14,308 nucleotides of DNA from Elainellaceae cyanobacterium (GTDB lineage: Bacteria; Cyanobacteriota; Cyanobacteriia; CAZCXK01): the NCBI GenBank assembly GCA_051117555.1, contig JBNPEG010000063.1:53472-67779 (forward strand). Direction: 5' to 3'. Within the stretch, counting starts at the first letter, position 1; every line of letters starts with the position of its first letter. Of the stretch, positions 10,342 to 14,308 are shown piece by piece. The position numbers were made by a program, and so were the translations under genes. The notes under the pieces are model-generated. The model was not told the origin of the DNA. It was given only the letters and a program-made list of their open reading frames with translations, and did not search any database.

Positions 10342-11331
10342 TTACTGTTGTCGAGATGACAAAATATTGCTGATCAGATGAGCTGTTTGATGCTCAATGT
10401 CATGTTCGGGGGCATATTCAGAAATTTCAATGCCGATTAAACGTGCATGTTGAAGCAATATAGGCAGGCTCGCCTGGAATTCAGCAGCATAGATTCCGTT
10501 GGGTTCCGGAAATGCTACACCCGGTGCTTCTACTGGGTCAAAGGCATCTAGATCGATGCTGAGTCCGAATCCTTGAGTGTTATGGGTAGCGATCGCCACG
10601 GCTTCATTCAAGATGGCAACCCAGCCTCGCTGGTGAATATCAGCGGGTGAAAATACTCGAATCTGGTGCTGATCAATGAATTCTTGCTCACCCGGATCAA
10701 CAGTGCGGGTACCGATCAAGCAGACATTTTCAGGTCGAATGGGGCGTCGCCCAAACCACTGCGTCAACTCGGGTGTGCCATAGCCCAAGACTGCTGCAAG
10801 TGCCATGCCATGACACGCCATCGATGGGCTCGTTTCAAGACGATTGCAGTCAGCATGGGCATCAATCCAAATGATACCAAGATGAGATGTAGTGATATCA
10901 GCAAGGCGGGACACGTCGGACGGGCGTGATGAGTCGGACGGGCGATCGCGCGTTTCCTCGGCAGCAGATTGTGTGACCTGTGTCGCTAAATATTGGAGCA
11001 GCCCGGCATAATGACCTATCGCGGTTGAATGATCTCCACCCACTGTCACCGGAAACTGATCGCACGTCATCGCATGATAAACCGCTGAAGCCAGTCGTTG
11101 AGCGTGCGCAGTCACGAATGGCAATGCTTCAATTTGATGAGTGAGAGTATGATCTGAACACCGAGGTCGCGCCTCTACTATTTGATACCAGTGAGCTGCA
11201 ACACCTCGCGTTTGAAGGATCTGGTCCAAACCAAATGCGTGCAGCGATCGCGGACCTGCCTCACCTAAAAGGCGGCTCGAACCCCAACTAATGGCTGAGC
11301 CAATCAGGGCAACAGATTTGGAATAGTTCAT
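10342..11331 (-). CDS. Arginase-family ureohydrolase (divergent, RocF/arginase-like)
   Basis: Metal-ligand motifs GGDHS, WIDAHAD and SIDLDAFDP intact; CHG catalytic His, GTRTVDPGE and ISEYAP present; polar insertion before the DAHAD strand. Confidence 0.88.
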   Translation of the reverse strand: MNYSKSVALIGSAISWGSSRLLGEAGPRSLHAFGLDQILQTRGVAAHWYQIVEARPRCSDHTLTHQIEALPFVTAHAQRLASAVYHAMTCDQFPVTVGGDHSTAIGHYAGLLQYLATQVTQSAAEETRDRPSDSSRPSDVSRLADITTSHLGIIWIDAHADCNRLETSPSMACHGMALAAVLGYGTPELTQWFGRRPIRPENVCLIGTRTVDPGEQEFIDQHQIRVFSPADIHQRGWVAILNEAVAIATHNTQGFGLSIDLDAFDPVEAPGVAFPEPNGIYAAEFQASLPILLQHARLIGIEISEYAPEHDIEHQTAHLISNILSSRQQ

Positions 11332-12185
11332 AGATCGGGCTTGAACGGTGCATCAAGCGACTGACACAATGATGAAATTATAGAGTTTGATGTCTATCGA
11401 GTGAGCAATTAAAGCAATCAGAACTTGTATTAAGAAGAGAGAGATGCCGAAATCTGGTGACATCAGTGGATGATTGCTATGTTTACTCAGAAATTCCTCA
11501 AAAATAAGTTAATTCCTCTCGCAGCGTCCTTACTAGGTTTTCTCCGGTAGTTGTGATTGCACGGCCTCGATAGTAGAAGTGGATGGTCACATTGAACAAG
11601 AAGGATAGTGTAAATTTGAAATTTAAGTTTCACTGATATCCGTAAAATCCACAGCGTTATAGACCGAGTAGAGAAGCAAAGGATGAATGGGTTTGCCTTG
11701 ATTAAATCTAAGGATTCACGGGATTGCAGGGGCGATCGCCCCTATAGATACGCGTCATGGGGAGATAGTATACGCCCTGCAAAATTTGAACATAATCCTA
11801 CTTCGTACATTCACTGATCGAATCATGTGATCAAATATGTCCTGGAAAAGTTAATTCACTGAAACTTAAAATCTTGGGAACTTCTCTTCACAGGCTCCGG
11901 TCAAGAGGTGTGTAACGTGCAAGAGGTAATCTATGTTATTCCCGATATTTCCGAATCAATTGGAAGGCATTAACCTTATCTACTTTTATTAGATTGTATT
12001 TGACCTGATTTATACACTTAGATTATTTGTTGTGCATCTCCACTCCATTTCGTTCAACATTTACCGCCTTTTAACGACTCAAAATAATCAGGTCAACATT
12101 CAGAAAGCTTCTATGGTCAGTTACTTAGCCATACCGTCAAACGCTGTCCCATAGATTTCCGATCTAATTGAAGTAGTCCAGATGT

Positions 12186-12227
12186 TAAGGGAATACACAG
12201 GTAAAATAAGGGAATATACAGGTAAAG
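12186..12227. repeat. 21-bp tandem direct repeat, candidate transcription-factor sites
   Basis: TAAGGGAATACACAGGTAAAA / TAAGGGAATATACAGGTAAAG; the core ACAGGTAAA recurs inverted at 12251-12259. Confidence 0.75.
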
Positions 12228-12416
12228 TCGAAAAGACGTTTCAGGGCATGTTTACCTGTCAGACTACCACCTAAAAGTTTTGATTCTAACAAATACTGCT
12301 CTATCGATAGCTGCTTTAGCGATCGCTGTTTCATTGATTAATTAGAATCTACTCCATGAACAGCAAGAAAAGAGTTGGAAAGTGACTACCGACTACTGCT
12401 TTGTCGTGCCAAATTA

Positions 12417-12605
12417 GGCAGACATTCAGAGTTTTTGCGATTGCTGCAACACGGCTATGCAGGCAAACGCTTGTGTTGCTCAATTAGCAAAAAAGACTTG
12501 GTTCGCCATTCAGTTATCTGTTTACAACGCCAATCATTCACCTTTCATCGCTAGGCTAATCCCCTTGCTCAAATTGTGATGACGGTGTGGTGTTGCGAAA
12601 AACAG
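12417..12605 (+). promoter_or_regulatory. Putative structured 5' leader: two adjacent ~90-nt imperfect hairpins
   Basis: Hand-paired stems at 12417-12507 and 12518-12605, ending about 20 nt before the RBS of the 12639 ORF. No known riboswitch consensus recognised. Confidence 0.45.
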
Positions 12606-12638
12606 TTTGTCATTTATCGCAACTTAGAGGAATTATTG

Positions 12639-14308
12639 ATGGAAGGCTTTTCAGGAATGTCAGAGAGCCCAGCCACTCTGAATCCAGGTCAAGATTCATC
12701 GCTACCTGGTGCTATTAATAGCCAAAGAGATCCGCTGGCAGATCTGTTAAAGCAAGACAGTTCGTTTCAGCAACTAAATAGCAATGATTCCATCGAGTCG
12801 TTGGATTTAGATACAGCAGTCTGGAATGAAAATCCAGAGGGTCTTGCTCAAACCGATCAACTCGTTAATGCCCTGTTTCAGCTTGATGCAACTACCCAAA
12901 AATCTGATGCATCATCTAGTTCATCGGACGACATGACCTCAACGGGGGTTAATTCCGTGGACGCATCGAAGTCACTAGACCCTGCATCAAGCGCCTCTAC
13001 CCTTGACGATATTACAAGTAATGGAAGTACGAAAAAATCTTCGAAATTGGGTTCGCTAAGCCAGCTTGCAGCTAATAGCGTCAATGCTGAGATTTCGACT
13101 CAGGGAGAAGCACTATTAGTTGGCAATTCTCCCAATGGAAATTCGGCGGATCTTGCAATCAAGACGCGCTTAGAAACATTAGGGTATCAAGTCACTGTCA
13201 AAGATGATGATGCAATCAAAAGCAATGATGCGAATGGTCAAGATTTAGTTGTCATTTCTGAATCGGTCAAGTCTAACAAAATCGGCAGCAAGTTCACTAA
13301 AGCCGATGTGCCCGTTATTACCATGGAGCCGTATGTCTTCGATGACATGAAAATGACAGGTTCTAAAGCTGGGAGCGATTATGGCTTTAAGAGCGGACAA
13401 ACTCAAGTAGCCATTGAAACAACTGGGCATCCTCTTGCAGGCGGGTTGAACTCGTCTCCAAAGGTTTACAACGGCTCAGGCTCTATGGGTTGGGGCAAAC
13501 CTGGCACGGGTGCAACTGAAATTGCTAATGTTGCTGGAGACAGTCAGAAGTCAGCCGTGTTTGGTTATGACAAAGGAGCCACCTTAGCAGATAGCAGTAA
13601 AGCGGCTGAGCGGCGCGTTGGCATGTTTGTCATGAATCAAAATAGTGAAGGTAGCCGCCTAACCAATGAAGGCTGGCAGCTCTTTGATTCAGCCGTTGAG
13701 TGGGCAACCAGCGACAGCGGAAATTCCACCCCTTCGTCGAGTGCTGACCCTGACCCATCTCCAGCACCCACTCCTGACCCATCTCCAGCACCTACTCCTG
13801 ACCCATCTCCAGCACCTACTCCTGACCCATCTCCAGCACCTACTCCTGACCCAGGCCCGACGCCTAGCCCGACCCCCAAGCAAAATGCAAAAACAGTGCG
13901 CCTAGAAGCTGAGGGGCTCTCTCTGTCAAACTTCACAACCGAAAGTAAAGGGGTTGCATCTGGCGATCGCCTCATTAAACTCTCCGGCAATCAGGGCACC
14001 GCATCGAGCACATTTGAAGGTGCATCCGGTAAGTATGATGTCGTTGTTCGATACTTTGATGAATCAGATGGACAATCACCCATTTCTCTCAAAGTGGGCA
14101 ATGATAGTGAATCATGGACGCTCAATCAGCAGTTGGGCTCATCGATTGCCGCTAGCAAAAACGCCGTTGAGCGCAAAGTATTCAGCAACATCGATGTTAA
14201 GCAGGGTGACAGCATCGAGCTAACGGGCAAACGTAATGGCGAAGAATATGCGCGGGTTGACTACATTGAGTTTCGTCCTACGGGTTCAAACAGCCCTGAC
14301 CCATCACC
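12639..14308 (+). CDS. Large modular, probably extracellular protein (partial, at least 556 aa): acidic Ser-rich N-terminus, alpha/beta domain, Pro-rich linker, CBM6/35-like beta-sandwich
   Basis: Absent from the ORF track because it has no stop in the window. Manual translation from ATG 12639 (AGAGG RBS at 12626-12630) is open to the end: MEGFSGMSESPATLNPG...ALLVGNS...RLETLGYQVTVKDDD...DLVVISES...HPLAGGL...WGKP...RRVGMF...GWQLFDSAVEWA...(PDPSPAPT)x4...TVRLEAE...YDVVVRYFDESDG...ARVDYIEF...PDPS. Confidence 0.92.
   Translation, partial: MEGFSGMSESPATLNPGQDSSLPGAINSQRDPLADLLKQDSSFQQLNSNDSIESLDLDTAVWNENPEGLAQTDQLVNALFQLDATTQKSDASSSSSDDMTSTGVNSVDASKSLDPASSASTLDDITSNGSTKKSSKLGSLSQLAANSVNAEISTQGEALLVGNSPNGNSADLAIKTRLETLGYQVTVKDDDAIKSNDANGQDLVVISESVKSNKIGSKFTKADVPVITMEPYVFDDMKMTGSKAGSDYGFKSGQTQVAIETTGHPLAGGLNSSPKVYNGSGSMGWGKPGTGATEIANVAGDSQKSAVFGYDKGATLADSSKAAERRVGMFVMNQNSEGSRLTNEGWQLFDSAVEWATSDSGNSTPSSSADPDPSPAPTPDPSPAPTPDPSPAPTPDPSPAPTPDPGPTPSPTPKQNAKTVRLEAEGLSLSNFTTESKGVASGDRLIKLSGNQGTASSTFEGASGKYDVVVRYFDESDGQSPISLKVGNDSESWTLNQQLGSSIAASKNAVERKVFSNIDVKQGDSIELTGKRNGEEYARVDYIEFRPTGSNSPDPS
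13749..13853 (+). repeat. In-frame 24-bp tandem repeat (4.4 copies) encoding a PDPSPAPT linker
   Basis: CCTGACCCATCTCCAGCACC(C/T)ACT at 13749, 13773, 13797 and 13821, partial copy at 13845; a similar unit restarts at 14295. Confidence 0.95.

Noticed and set aside
11498..11590. 30-aa GTG-start ORF on the minus strand upstream of the arginase (MTIHFYYRGRAITTTGENLVRTLREELTYF)
   Set aside because: No RBS, no recognisable motif, and a length expected by chance; a leader-peptide role cannot be supported without conservation data.
11332..11600. Guanidine riboswitch or NtcA box upstream of the ureohydrolase
   Set aside because: By eye I found no ykkC-type or tandem ACG(A/G)-loop hairpin consensus on the minus strand and no GTA-N8-TAC.
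12417..12507. c-di-GMP-I riboswitch suggested by GGCAAAC at 12462
   Set aside because: The GNRA-capped P2 stem and the downstream GCAAAG-type element are missing; kept only as an unknown structure.
13749..13853. Possible CRISPR array
   Set aside because: Units are contiguous with no unique spacers, lie in frame within a CDS, and no cas genes are present.
13637..14223. ORF-track entries 13637-13990(-), 13666-13905(+), 13689-13883(-) and 13954-14223(+), three with repetitive peptides
   Set aside because: Shadow frames of the real 12639+ ORF and its 24-bp repeat; the same applies to 12878-13084 and 13245-13430.

Overview
Cyanobacterial chromosomal window: I counted 20 copies of the HIP1 octamer GCGATCGC by eye. 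The left and middle parts are mostly housekeeping. They hold a partial membrane-protein ORF at the left edge, aconitase A (acnA, minus), a divergent gmd-fcl GDP-fucose pair, a membrane/TPR hypothetical protein, 5-formyltetrahydrofolate cyclo-ligase and a short RecQ helicase. The right part looks accessory. A divergent arginase-family ureohydrolase and a LasC-like FAD monooxygenase lie on the minus strand. A 1.3-kb non-coding region with repeated motifs and two long tandem hairpins follows. Then comes a large modular, probably extracellular protein (12639 to beyond the window end) that the ORF track missed. No rRNA, tRNA, CRISPR array or transposase is visible. The best leads are the structured leader plus modular protein, the arginase-like/monooxygenase pair, and a possible 6S-like RNA upstream of the cyclo-ligase gene. 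All are hand-derived hypotheses that need computational confirmation.
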